From a virus (taxonomy: Duplodnaviria; Caudoviricetes): a DNA stretch of 31,960 nucleotides. The position numbers were made by a program, and so were the translations under genes. Shown here piece by piece: positions 14,590-25,006 of the stretch. The stretch is from the IMG/VR virus record IMGVR_UViG_3300025168_000363, positions 1-31,960 of that record, one strand, 5' to 3'. The first letter of the stretch is position 1; every line of letters begins with the position of its first letter. The notes beneath the pieces are model-generated. The model saw only the letters and a list, made by a program, of their open reading frames with translations. It was not told where the DNA came from and did not search any database.

Positions 14590-17223
14590 ATGCCGAGTTT
14601 TGACGCAAACAGCTTTTTATCCAATCAAGGATTAAATCCAGGAGGAGAGATCGTTCTTAACAGTTCTGGTGAGATTGTAAGTATTACAAGTTCTAATCCA
14701 GTAGCGGTCATAGAAAATCTTGCAACTTCCTTTGGAATTCCATCCTGCTTGTTTGAATTAGATATCATTAATGCTGCCCTTATTCCATCGCCTGTATTAG
14801 TGCCTATGAGGTTTGCTATGGAAGAGGCAGAGAGGAAAACTAAGGATGTCATTAATAGTATTGCTAAATGGATCAAGGTTAACTTGGGGATATCAATCTT
14901 CCCAGATAGAAATGGTCGGTTTGGATTCTTTTCTGGGTTAAATAAACTTGGTATAGAGCTTGGTGGTCAAGAATTTATAAGCGCGATGGGTTCAATGCTA
15001 GCCGCGTTTAACGCTGCTGCGAATGCCGCTACACAGGTATATCAGAATTATCAAAACACTGTAGCCCAGCTAAGAGATATTCAAGCATGTGTTGGTCAAT
15101 TGATGGCAGTCTTTGGATCGAAGGGTGAAGGTCAGAGGAAGCAAAATCTTTTAAACGGAGGATACCAACAAGCTGTCGCTGGTCAGAATGCTTGGGCACA
15201 AGCCCAGCTAGCGGATGCTCAAGAGACACAAAGTAAGGCACGGGCTGTAATTGAAATTATCGATACTGTCCTAGCTGAGAGAGAGTTAAATCCTGACCTA
15301 GAACCTAAACTTATAGATGTTGCAGATGCAACACCTGTGGAAAGCGTATTCAGGCTGCAAGCAGGCCCTCCTGAGGCCGTCAACGGCCAGTTCGTACTCT
15401 CCGTGGATGGATTGTATTACGATAGTTCTAACGGGCTTATGCCTGCTCTCATGGAGCTAGCCAGTAAGAAGAAGTCATTGGATCGAGAGAAATATTGGAA
15501 CCTTGATTTCGATCCTAATTTAGGTGGTCGAGGTAGTCAGTTTAGCACTAAGGACCTTCGATATTATTTTGATAGCATTCTTGATCCTAAAATAATTGAC
15601 AACTCAGCACCCCTCCAAAAGTTCTACAACCAGGACAGAGTCCTAATGAGTATAGTGGGGCAGAGGGATAGGAAAGTCTATGACGTTTCATCTCAGTTGG
15701 GACAAATGAGAGCGGATGGCGTAGCGTCAATTTTGATAGATAATACGAATCAAAGCCTTATCTCTGAGGTTTCTTACTTCAATGAAAAGGCAGACAAGAG
15801 AAAGAAACAAATTGAATTGGCTGTTAAGGTTCCTGTTCTTTACGGTAAAGGTCCTATCTACGATCCCGGCGAGATACCCATAAATGATTTCTCGTATATG
15901 GAAGGTACAAACTTCTTAATGGAAGTAACGGACCAGCAAAAAATAATTATTGGGCAAGACGATGTTGAGGGGGTGGTTCTTCCTTTGGAGGTTAAGTATA
16001 CTCAAAAGATTAATTCGAACGACCCAGTTGTAGTTGACCACCTTCTCCTGGCAGGCATCGCGAGAGCCGCAATTATTGATCATGACGTGCCCTCTTCAGG
16101 TGCTCCGATATTACCTGTGAAAGAAGTTATAGTTGAGTCTCACTTGATTGCTCTTTACAACCTCCTCACAGTTAATGCAACAACGCCTGAAGGTGAGGAC
16201 TTTGGTTTATTCAACAGTTCAGAAAAGGGGATAGATTACAACGCTCGTATTGTAGGGGAAACATCAAGCTTATTCAATAACGGATTAGGTATTAGTTATT
16301 TGGAAGGGGTTAGTAGTAATTCTTATATTAGGTTACCTGCGGTTAGTGAACTTCAAGACTTGGTATACTCAAAAAAGGGTTGCACATTTGAAACCTGGAT
16401 TCAAGCTTCAGGGTTGCTAGAAAACTCTGCTTATAACTTATCATCTGACCTCGGTCATGCGAGTGGCCTTTACAGGCTTATTCTTGCAAATGAAAATGTT
16501 GGCATTGCAAGTGGAGTTAGCCCTCAGGATAATCGTGAGATACTTACCCTTGATGAGGGCACTTCTGTTGTTAGAGGTTTGATCATGGGATTCACCCGAG
16601 ACCGGAGATTCGTATCAGGTGCGCCTGCAAGTAATGCTAACGAACACAATCAAGCGGAGAACGCTCAGTTTTTAATAGCTCCTACTCAATCGTATAATTC
16701 TTCTAGTTTAGGGTTTATTAATAAAGAACCCTGTAACGCCAATAACACAAATTGGCATGGACTCACAGTTCCCGTAAGCTCTTCGTTTACTGATCTGCAA
16801 AATAGTTTCTGCCACCTAGCTGTAACTTTTGACCCAATACAGGATAAAGTTAGTGTTTACTTAGACTCTCAATTGCTTGCTGCTTCTGGGTATTATGACA
16901 CTTTTGGTACGGGTAGTTACCTGTCTCCAAAGATACCTTCTTTAACCTTGTCTAGTTCTTTCGAGTACGCTAGCTCGGGACCTAAACTTGATAAGTTCTT
17001 TACTCCTTGGATTATTGGAGGTGGTTACACGGATGGGTGTCCTGTAGGACAAGACGAGTTAGGTGCTGGTGGATTTACCGGAGGTACCTACGGAGGATTC
17101 ATTAGTGGATTGCAAGGTAAACTAGGGAGTTTGAAGTTCTACTCTCGACCGTTAACAAGTTCCCAGATTGCTCAGAACTATAACGCTAACAAAAACTTCT
17201 TTAAGTTTGTTAAACTATCATGA
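14590..17223 (+). CDS. Virion protein with N-terminal helical/coiled-coil region and C-terminal LamG/concanavalin-like domain
   Basis: The C-terminal motifs CTFETWI, FCHLAVTFD...VSVYLDSQL and GKLGSLKFYSRPLTSSQIAQNYNA are LamG-like. The N-terminal third is Ala/Gln-rich and helical. Confidence 0.7.
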   Translation: MPSFDANSFLSNQGLNPGGEIVLNSSGEIVSITSSNPVAVIENLATSFGIPSCLFELDIINAALIPSPVLVPMRFAMEEAERKTKDVINSIAKWIKVNLGISIFPDRNGRFGFFSGLNKLGIELGGQEFISAMGSMLAAFNAAANAATQVYQNYQNTVAQLRDIQACVGQLMAVFGSKGEGQRKQNLLNGGYQQAVAGQNAWAQAQLADAQETQSKARAVIEIIDTVLAERELNPDLEPKLIDVADATPVESVFRLQAGPPEAVNGQFVLSVDGLYYDSSNGLMPALMELASKKKSLDREKYWNLDFDPNLGGRGSQFSTKDLRYYFDSILDPKIIDNSAPLQKFYNQDRVLMSIVGQRDRKVYDVSSQLGQMRADGVASILIDNTNQSLISEVSYFNEKADKRKKQIELAVKVPVLYGKGPIYDPGEIPINDFSYMEGTNFLMEVTDQQKIIIGQDDVEGVVLPLEVKYTQKINSNDPVVVDHLLLAGIARAAIIDHDVPSSGAPILPVKEVIVESHLIALYNLLTVNATTPEGEDFGLFNSSEKGIDYNARIVGETSSLFNNGLGISYLEGVSSNSYIRLPAVSELQDLVYSKKGCTFETWIQASGLLENSAYNLSSDLGHASGLYRLILANENVGIASGVSPQDNREILTLDEGTSVVRGLIMGFTRDRRFVSGAPASNANEHNQAENAQFLIAPTQSYNSSSLGFINKEPCNANNTNWHGLTVPVSSSFTDLQNSFCHLAVTFDPIQDKVSVYLDSQLLAASGYYDTFGTGSYLSPKIPSLTLSSSFEYASSGPKLDKFFTPWIIGGGYTDGCPVGQDELGAGGFTGGTYGGFISGLQGKLGSLKFYSRPLTSSQIAQNYNANKNFFKFVKLS

Positions 17224-17663
17224 CCGTTTCTGACTCAGTAAAAATTTATGGTAAAGTTCCTCCTAGGACTCGAACCCAAATCTTGGAAAATAAAGTCTCT
17301 GAACTTGCTGGTTTGAGATATCCTATTCCAAAGAATCCCGAGAGAGGATACTTTTCTAAATCTGTGAACGTAAGTCTTGTTAATTCTGGTTTAAGAGACG
17401 TTATCAGAACTGTTCCTGGAGAGAGGTTCATGTTACCAGATTATGGCTGTAATGTTAGGAATTTCTTATTTGAACCTTTGGATGAGGGAACTTTTTTAGC
17501 AATAAGAGACGATGTCTTTACTAGCATTTCTAAATACCTAAAGAAAGTAACCTTAGGTAAGTTACAGGTTACTCCCTTTGGAGAAAACGGTATAAAAATA
17601 ATACTGTACTGTGCTTATGATGACGCACAGATACCCTATTTTAGGGTTGGAGTTAGAGTCTAA
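17220..17663 (+). CDS. gp25: Baseplate wedge / sheath initiator, T4 gp25 (GPW/gp25 family)
   Basis: Contains the signature TVPGERFMLPDYGCNVRNFLFEP. Confidence 0.92.
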   Translation: MTVSDSVKIYGKVPPRTRTQILENKVSELAGLRYPIPKNPERGYFSKSVNVSLVNSGLRDVIRTVPGERFMLPDYGCNVRNFLFEPLDEGTFLAIRDDVFTSISKYLKKVTLGKLQVTPFGENGIKIILYCAYDDAQIPYFRVGVRV

Positions 17664-19264
17664 TGGTTGCATTTTCAGGAACAGTACAGTCGGATTACTT
17701 AAAGTACCTACCATCGAAGTTAGAAGATAAGAATAAACTTATAGACTTTGCTGCCGCCGACTTTGAAACCTACAGGGAAGCCTTAATTAACTATGTAAAG
17801 GCTACGTTCCCTTTAGATTATAATAACTTTGAATCCTCGGACTTCGGAACTCTTTTAATTGAGCTTATGTCTGCGGTAGGCCACATTCAATCCAACAAAG
17901 CTGATTATCTAGCTAATGAAAACTATTTAAGTACCGCTAAAAGTCGCGACAGCGTTAAGCGACTTTTAGAACTTATTGGAGTTCGTATGAAAGGTCCAAT
18001 AGCAGCCGTAGCTGATGGACAATTTCAAGCTACAACCCCTCAAAATGTTACTAGTATAACTATCCCAGAAGACCAACGAACCTTTACAATTAACTCCACT
18101 GAGGATGGTGGTAGCCTTAGTTTTACGATTTACAAATTAAATAATGATGGAACGGTTGACCTTGATAGCAATTCAACAGACTTAATCATTCCTGCAACAA
18201 GCAACGAAGGAGTTTGCACAGCAAACTCAATAGTTTTACAAGAGGGGTCTTTAATTGTTGAGACGGGCATATTTGACACAGCCGATAGTATTAAAGAAGT
18301 TGAACTGGGTCAGTCACCTTATGTTGAAAGAAGTGCTCAAATATTTATTACGGGAGCAGCTTCAACTGAGGGAATTTATAAAGAAGAGGATAACATTTAC
18401 TTCGCATCTGGGGGGACCGATAAGATATTTCAAATAACAACAGATGAGAACTTTAGAGCGTCTGTCTTGTTTGGAGATAACAGCATCGGACAATCTCCTT
18501 CTGTGGGAGATCGTTATACCATAACTTATCGAGTTGGTGGAGGCACCCGTGGTAATGTTGCCGAGAGCTTTATTAATATACCTCTTGCAGTGCAAGGGAC
18601 CACTGGTGACGATAATGCTGAACCCTTACAAGGTAACCTTGAGAATATTAGTTTAGCAACCGGAGGACGAAATTCTGAGACAGTTGAAAGTGCCAAAAGG
18701 TATGCTCCGTTATACTACCGCAGTCAGGATAGGTTAGTAACCCTTGAGGATTATAAGGGTCACGCTAATAGTTTCGCATCGAACTATGGATCCACAGGTA
18801 AGGCTGCTGCTGTTGTTCGTAGAGCTTATTCATCTGCGAATATAATTGATCTCTTTGTTTTGGAGAAAGCAACAGACACTCAACTTAGAAGAGCAACTCA
18901 GGAATATAAAAAACAACTTCTGGAGTCTGTACAAGGTAAAAAGATGTTGACCGATGAGGTAGTAGTGGTGGACGGTCTTATTCGAACTCTTGATGTCTTC
19001 TTAGTCATAACCCTAGACTCCAGTTACAAGCTCGGTCAAAATCAAATTATTCAATCGGCCAGAGACCTTACTCAGAGATATTTCAATGTGGATAATTCTG
19101 ACTTTGGAGAAACTTTTATTCCTCAAGACCTCATTAGATACATTTTAGATAATGAATCTAATATAAGGTTTGCTCGCGTTGATAACGTAGAGTCCCCTAT
19201 TTCAGTAGGCTTTAATGAGATTATCCAATTGAATAACTTAAATATAAACGTATCATTTATCTAA
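17663..19264 (+). CDS. gp6: Baseplate wedge subunit, T4 gp6 / baseplate J-like
   Basis: Contains DFETYREALINY...NENYLSTAKSRDSV, FGDNSIGQSP, YRVGGGTRGNV and ATGGRNSETVESAKRYAP...QDRLVTLEDY. It follows gp25. Confidence 0.92.
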   Translation: MVAFSGTVQSDYLKYLPSKLEDKNKLIDFAAADFETYREALINYVKATFPLDYNNFESSDFGTLLIELMSAVGHIQSNKADYLANENYLSTAKSRDSVKRLLELIGVRMKGPIAAVADGQFQATTPQNVTSITIPEDQRTFTINSTEDGGSLSFTIYKLNNDGTVDLDSNSTDLIIPATSNEGVCTANSIVLQEGSLIVETGIFDTADSIKEVELGQSPYVERSAQIFITGAASTEGIYKEEDNIYFASGGTDKIFQITTDENFRASVLFGDNSIGQSPSVGDRYTITYRVGGGTRGNVAESFINIPLAVQGTTGDDNAEPLQGNLENISLATGGRNSETVESAKRYAPLYYRSQDRLVTLEDYKGHANSFASNYGSTGKAAAVVRRAYSSANIIDLFVLEKATDTQLRRATQEYKKQLLESVQGKKMLTDEVVVVDGLIRTLDVFLVITLDSSYKLGQNQIIQSARDLTQRYFNVDNSDFGETFIPQDLIRYILDNESNIRFARVDNVESPISVGFNEIIQLNNLNINVSFI

Positions 19265-22200
19265 TGTCTGGAAAGAGCTACCTAATAAATAAAAACTTCC
19301 ACAAGCATAATTATTTTGATGCTTTTAAGTACATTGTGCCTTCATATATGTACGAGGATGATAGAAGTCACTCTCCTAAAGCCGATGACTTAGCTGATGT
19401 TATAATCAATTCTAACATTGATATAGCAAAGGATATCTCTGATATTATTAATGTCAGTTCGGTTGCAGGAGGTTCTTCGGAAAACTTAAATACTTTAGCA
19501 GGAATTGCTCCCTACTTTGTAAAGCAAAACAATCTTACTAACATAACAACTCAAGACTTTGAAGATAATACTCTTCTTCCTCTGACCAATAAAAGATTTA
19601 ATGAGTTTGAAACAATAGAAAGCTTTAGTTCTTTTGTAGACGTTACACTTATACCCGCTATCAAACTAAACGAGCCTAAGTCTTTAGCTACCTCCACCCC
19701 ACCTCAAGTTCATAATTACCTAGTTACCAATAACTCCTGGCTGTACTTCCTTAATACGACAGGTACGTCTTTTGACCCATCTTCTTATGTTTCTGACCTC
19801 ATAGTTAATAAGCTTTTTAAAGGACAAAGAGTCACAACCGCAGATGGTATTAAAGGGTTAATGGAGTATGTTTGGAGAAATGACCTTAAGTCTTATTACC
19901 CTGACCAGTACTTTTCTGAGGGAACACGTCACGACCTCAGCGGTACTCAGCAATTAGAGAAGCTTAAAACTTGGATAGATATTATATACTCTCCTTTATA
20001 TGCTGACAACTCAGATTTTAAAGTTAGAGATAAATTTACCACATTTATTGATGGAAACATTAAGACAGCAAGAAAGGTGGAGGATGGTCCTTTTGTAAGG
20101 TTCTTGAGAGCTTTATCTTTTTTAGCTTATGACGTTGATAATGTAACCGAAAGTATAGCCACCAACTACGATCTAGAGGACTGTCCTGATGATTACTTGC
20201 CTCTTCTCGCTAAACTAATCGGATGGGATCTTTTTGGAGTAGATCCTGATAAATGGAGATTGCAGCTTAGGAATGCAACGAATATTTATAAAGCAGTTGG
20301 AACTAAGAAAGCAGTTCAATTTTCACTAAACACAGTCTTTCCAAAAGATCAATTTCCGATTGAGACCAGTTTGGTGGAGATGTATGAATCCTACGTCCCT
20401 TATATAATTTACTATGCTTTGGCAACTGAGTCAAAGTACTTTAAGGATTACTCTACTTGGACACCTAGCTTGTCCAACCGAATGAAAGTTCTAGGATACT
20501 CCACATCCAGTATGGATGATAACCTATCACGAGCTACTGATAGGATTGTGTATGAGACTTTTCTTGAGTTTTCTGGTAGCTTCAATATTCCAAACGAGGA
20601 GGACGGCTTCTTATACAGAGGCATAAAGAACCCCATCCCTCCTTACGAAGCATACCCCTATTATGTTAATGTCGAACTTTCTGAAAAAATGATTAATTTC
20701 ATTGCTGATCGTTTAGTTTGTTTTGGGGTTCGTAACGATTTTGCATTACAAGTAATTGCGTATTTAACTGAATATGGTTTGGATTCTAACGATGAACCTC
20801 GTGATGGTTCTTGGTTATTGTTTACTCCTTCTTACAATGATCCTCCAAACTTTGATAGAATAATACGTGAGTCGAATGGTGTGAACGCAAAGTATATCTC
20901 TTTGTGGTCTGGTAAATCTTCTCACTTTAAAGTAGCGTTAAATGCTGCCTCGTATGACTTTACAAAGAAGGGCTTAATCACAACAAATACGGGTGACGCA
21001 GTAGTGATCGCATCCCAGATGATTCGCAAGTTTGCGCCTGCTCACTCGATCCCTTTAATATCTCTGGAGCTTGAAGATACTAGTACCTCTCATTACGATG
21101 ACCCTAATTACCTACCCCTTGTTAAGCTGGAGTCAGAAGAAACTACTACGCTCAACATGAATTGTGCCACTTCAGGTCTATTCCTGGGTTCATATAAGAG
21201 AGGTAGTGGATTTCCAAGTGAAGGTAGGGTTCTTGAGAGAAAAGATACAGAGTCAGCAGTTTCTCCAAGGATACTCGGTGCAAGCGGCATGGTGGATTTG
21301 TCTCGACGATCTACTAGAAGGCGTAGTTTTCAAAACGTAATACCTTTACAAGGCTACTACGACAGGGATGGATTTAATATGCCCAACTCTTTTGAGATGG
21401 ATGGGCGTTTAAGTGGGGAACCCGAAGGTGCCATTCCTTTAGGCTACAACCCCTCCTCAGCGGCATTCACCCCAGTGAGTAGTTACATAAACTTACCTCC
21501 TATATGGAAGCAGTGTGAAGATTTAAATTCCACCAATTCCTACTATGGTTACGCGGTGAACAAAACGATGCCTGCTAGGGGCACACTTTTCTATCTTAGC
21601 AGTGTTACAAATGATCGTGGTCAGCTTCCCGAGATTTACCGGGTCATGCATGGTATATCTGAGAGGGCAAAGTCTCTTAAGGCTTATGCTGAGGAAGGAC
21701 CTCCCGCTATAACTAAGGAGATACGTAAACTTGAGACGATGCCTCAAACTTCTGAAGTTGCGGAGTCCCTACAGAACTTAATAGATCAGCTTAACTTGTT
21801 GCCAGATTCTTTCTGGACAAACTTAGCTTATAAATATTCTAATCTAGGTATAGATGGGTATACTTTTCCAAAGGATCTTTATGACTACTACAACTTTGAA
21901 TTTGGAAGAGACTTGTATAGGCTATACCGTATCTACGTTGAAGAATTCCATCAGCATAGCCTAACCCCAAGACAGTTGGATATAGATGGACCCAATATCC
22001 TGGCACATACTTTTGGACCTTTATTATATAATCATGATTTCCAACTTCTGTATAGTAACGACTCCATAGGGTCAATAGTAACCAGTTCAATTTCAAATGT
22101 TAGAGAATTAAAGTCCGGGGAATTCCCATTTAATTCTACATCCTCGTTTATTGCCGAGGGTGCCGGGGACATGACTCTAGGTACCCCAGAGTTTGTCTTC

Positions 22201-23292
22201 TCTGCCCTTGTTAGAGGCGTAGAGCTTATTCATACCAGTGCTCCTAGAACTGACGATAGTTCATTCTCTGTGTTTAAAGTTGAGGGTCATAATCGAAAAG
22301 CTGGTGACGATCCTTACATGTTTAATAGAACGTTTATAATGAGTAAGGCTGGTCGTACTGCCACTCCTAGAGTTCGTATGGATATATCTAAACGAAATCT
22401 ATGGGATGTTGACGAGAGTTATCCTGCTAATAACAACTTCTTACTTCCTGATCACGACTATCAGTTAAACCTTAATGCTCTTGTAGCGGATTCTACTGGT
22501 AGAAATTTTGGAGGAAGAAGTGTAGGCGTGTGGATTCACACAAAGCCAGAAGCTGGTAATATGTGGTCTTACACTCCTGATGGTGGATGGCTTCAACATA
22601 GTGAAACAATTACTAGACGGGACATGCTAACTAAGTATGGACATCTCTTTGAATATCCTGCATCTGTGAAATCACCCTTAGATCCAAAGGATAACCCATA
22701 TGAGTGCTTGGACATCGTGGCTGGGGAAGTTAAATCTCCTGTTTCTAAACTTAGAAAGACTGACTTTAATAGTTTTGATATTAATTTCAATACTAGAAAT
22801 TTAAAACTCATAGAGCCAAAAGACTACAAGGTATCTTTCGGAACTCTCCACAGAAAGAATCAAAACTATGTTGTGGAATTATTTTTAGTTCCTGGGACTG
22901 ACAATCTGGACCAGTTCTTACTATTAGACAATGTTTCAATTACGGATCTTACAATGAAAAAGTTGTCTGGCCGTCATATATCAGGACCTCAAGAAGACCC
23001 TCTTCATCATCTAAATGTTCCCCAATATAAAGGTAATGAATATCGATTAGATATAACTAAAGAAGAGCTATTAGAGATATTTAGATACTTTAATAAACTT
23101 TCTGGAAAGGGGAAAACTCTCGCTCTCGCATCCAGAGATGCTTCTAAAACTTCGACTATAATGGGAAGAGACGGAGGCTCCAAGATAACTTACAGGTATC
23201 GCACCGCTTGGCTTAACCCGGACTTCCCTTCGGCAAACGATGAGACACTTGATGAAATTGTAATATACGAGGGTGGAGTAGATAATTACTAA
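19264..23292 (+). CDS. Large baseplate wedge protein with P2 gpI-like (T4 gp7 analogue) domain
   Basis: DLEDCPDDYLPLLAKLIGWD...WRLQLRNATNIYKAVGTKKAV is the gpI-type motif, and 'IRKFAPAH' is its typical end. It follows gp6 and has a long uncharacterised C-terminal extension. Confidence 0.75.
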   Translation: MSGKSYLINKNFHKHNYFDAFKYIVPSYMYEDDRSHSPKADDLADVIINSNIDIAKDISDIINVSSVAGGSSENLNTLAGIAPYFVKQNNLTNITTQDFEDNTLLPLTNKRFNEFETIESFSSFVDVTLIPAIKLNEPKSLATSTPPQVHNYLVTNNSWLYFLNTTGTSFDPSSYVSDLIVNKLFKGQRVTTADGIKGLMEYVWRNDLKSYYPDQYFSEGTRHDLSGTQQLEKLKTWIDIIYSPLYADNSDFKVRDKFTTFIDGNIKTARKVEDGPFVRFLRALSFLAYDVDNVTESIATNYDLEDCPDDYLPLLAKLIGWDLFGVDPDKWRLQLRNATNIYKAVGTKKAVQFSLNTVFPKDQFPIETSLVEMYESYVPYIIYYALATESKYFKDYSTWTPSLSNRMKVLGYSTSSMDDNLSRATDRIVYETFLEFSGSFNIPNEEDGFLYRGIKNPIPPYEAYPYYVNVELSEKMINFIADRLVCFGVRNDFALQVIAYLTEYGLDSNDEPRDGSWLLFTPSYNDPPNFDRIIRESNGVNAKYISLWSGKSSHFKVALNAASYDFTKKGLITTNTGDAVVIASQMIRKFAPAHSIPLISLELEDTSTSHYDDPNYLPLVKLESEETTTLNMNCATSGLFLGSYKRGSGFPSEGRVLERKDTESAVSPRILGASGMVDLSRRSTRRRSFQNVIPLQGYYDRDGFNMPNSFEMDGRLSGEPEGAIPLGYNPSSAAFTPVSSYINLPPIWKQCEDLNSTNSYYGYAVNKTMPARGTLFYLSSVTNDRGQLPEIYRVMHGISERAKSLKAYAEEGPPAITKEIRKLETMPQTSEVAESLQNLIDQLNLLPDSFWTNLAYKYSNLGIDGYTFPKDLYDYYNFEFGRDLYRLYRIYVEEFHQHSLTPRQLDIDGPNILAHTFGPLLYNHDFQLLYSNDSIGSIVTSSISNVRELKSGEFPFNSTSSFIAEGAGDMTLGTPEFVFSALVRGVELIHTSAPRTDDSSFSVFKVEGHNRKAGDDPYMFNRTFIMSKAGRTATPRVRMDISKRNLWDVDESYPANNNFLLPDHDYQLNLNALVADSTGRNFGGRSVGVWIHTKPEAGNMWSYTPDGGWLQHSETITRRDMLTKYGHLFEYPASVKSPLDPKDNPYECLDIVAGEVKSPVSKLRKTDFNSFDINFNTRNLKLIEPKDYKVSFGTLHRKNQNYVVELFLVPGTDNLDQFLLLDNVSITDLTMKKLSGRHISGPQEDPLHHLNVPQYKGNEYRLDITKEELLEIFRYFNKLSGKGKTLALASRDASKTSTIMGRDGGSKITYRYRTAWLNPDFPSANDETLDEIVIYEGGVDNY

Positions 23293-24377
23293 TGTTTGTA
23301 GACGGATTTGGAGAAATACTGACTGATATACTAACGGTCAATCCTGCATTAAGTAGTGTCGATACGCACTTCTTGGATGCTTCTAACTACACTTTTCAAG
23401 CTGTAACCTTTGGGAAAGACGCTGCGGGATTTAATTTTCACGCTCACGACCCTAGCACCATTGATTACGCGGATTTTGATATCCACGGATCAACATCTTC
23501 CGCAAGTTCTTTCAATGTTATTGACGGTGTTAAATCCGTCGTTGCTATAAACTACAAGAACTCTGGTAACTATGTTAGTTCCTATGTACCAAGTTCCACT
23601 CAAGCTAGGTTTATAAATACCTATAACTCTTTAGCTGGTTACCCTTCACCTTATCACACTAGGCTAGAGCAAAGTTCAACTAGGTCTACTGTGGCCTCTT
23701 CGTTCTCTTCTACCCTTCCTGATCTTGGACATTACCCAAATCCTTACTTGGACATTACCGTCAGTAGTGCTTGGAATGTTTTAGGAGGATTCGCTCCACC
23801 ATCAGGGGAAGCCCAAAACTATATATTATGTAGACCTGATGGCACCCATATCACTAGTGGCATTCTTAGCGGCGTATTTAATGAATATAAATTAGCTGAC
23901 AAGGAGGGGCATGTGAGGATTAGCCCAGTCAGTGGTCTCGCTAGATCCGACATTAACAAGATCCTTTTTAAGGATGGACCTGTTATATTTAGCTCTACTG
24001 CCGATCACATACTTCCTATATCTAGCACTGCAATAGCGGTAGTGCCTCAGATGGGAGATGCGGTGACATTGTCTATGTTTGGAGGAGTGAGTCATTTAGG
24101 TGTCTACTGCTTTGATATGAAGGCCATGCTTGCCGCTGGCGTGCAACCTCCTTATTCCTGGAATGCCATAAACAATGTTCGTGTTGGGAACGAACTAAAT
24201 AATAACAGAAAATATAAGCTAGTCTCTAAAGTTACCTTTTGGGACAATCTTATGATTTTATCAGATAAAGGGTTCACGAGTGACCCAAAACATATGGGTG
24301 GTCTTGAAGAAGGCTATAATATGGGATCATTAAGCAATGGAGGGCCAACCTTCATATTAAAATTTAACTTCTTGTAA
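23292..24377 (+). CDS. Baseplate/tail-fibre attachment protein (putative; paralogue of the next gene)
   Basis: 361 aa, TAATG-coupled within the baseplate operon. Its motif order parallels 24379-25005. Confidence 0.55.
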   Translation: MFVDGFGEILTDILTVNPALSSVDTHFLDASNYTFQAVTFGKDAAGFNFHAHDPSTIDYADFDIHGSTSSASSFNVIDGVKSVVAINYKNSGNYVSSYVPSSTQARFINTYNSLAGYPSPYHTRLEQSSTRSTVASSFSSTLPDLGHYPNPYLDITVSSAWNVLGGFAPPSGEAQNYILCRPDGTHITSGILSGVFNEYKLADKEGHVRISPVSGLARSDINKILFKDGPVIFSSTADHILPISSTAIAVVPQMGDAVTLSMFGGVSHLGVYCFDMKAMLAAGVQPPYSWNAINNVRVGNELNNNRKYKLVSKVTFWDNLMILSDKGFTSDPKHMGGLEEGYNMGSLSNGGPTFILKFNFL

Positions 24378-24378
24378 A

Positions 24379-25005
24379 ATGTATAAATCTTTTGTAGATC
24401 AGGTCAATATGCAAGGTCATCTTACCATTCATAAAATTGCAAATGGTGAGGAAGAGCTAGTGTATGACGAGGATAACGTCATAACCTCTGGTTTCGGATT
24501 TAACCTTTCTCAATTGTATAGTCGTGCTGGGTCTATTGATATTCTGGATTATCAGATTGATAGATTTCAATTAGGTGTGAGCGGTAACGTCTCTAGGCAG
24601 GTTAGTGGCAACTTCGAACTTGGTGACCCCTTATCCTCAGTTGGGGAGTATACCACTAATGGTGACAGCAACCTACACGCCTTCCAGGAAAAAATATATA
24701 AGAATAAACTGTCCACTTCTCCTGATGCAATTTTTTGTAAAATACCTTATTCAAAGGTCACTAGGATTGGTGAGAGGTCAGTTAGGTATACAATATTTAT
24801 TGACGAAGATTCTTGTAACGACTTAGAGCGACAGCAAGAGCCTGATCAAGGAACCTCCTTAAATGAGATTGCCTTATTCACCAGGAATCCTACTGGGAAT
24901 GAGGATTATGAGATATCGCCAATGGCTGCTTATCGATACTTTAGTGATATTAGAAAAACTGCTGACTTTGGGTTGGTGTTTAGATGGACAATAACTTTCG
25001 GATAA
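24379..25005 (+). CDS. Baseplate/tail-fibre attachment protein (tail-collar, P2 gpH N-terminal-like fold, putative)
   Basis: The pattern DNVITSGFG...FQLGVSG...LNEIALF...AAYRYFSDIRKTADFGLVFRWTITF is typical of small myophage proteins between the wedge and fibre genes. Confidence 0.6.
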   Translation: MYKSFVDQVNMQGHLTIHKIANGEEELVYDEDNVITSGFGFNLSQLYSRAGSIDILDYQIDRFQLGVSGNVSRQVSGNFELGDPLSSVGEYTTNGDSNLHAFQEKIYKNKLSTSPDAIFCKIPYSKVTRIGERSVRYTIFIDEDSCNDLERQQEPDQGTSLNEIALFTRNPTGNEDYEISPMAAYRYFSDIRKTADFGLVFRWTITFG

Positions 25006-25006
25006 T

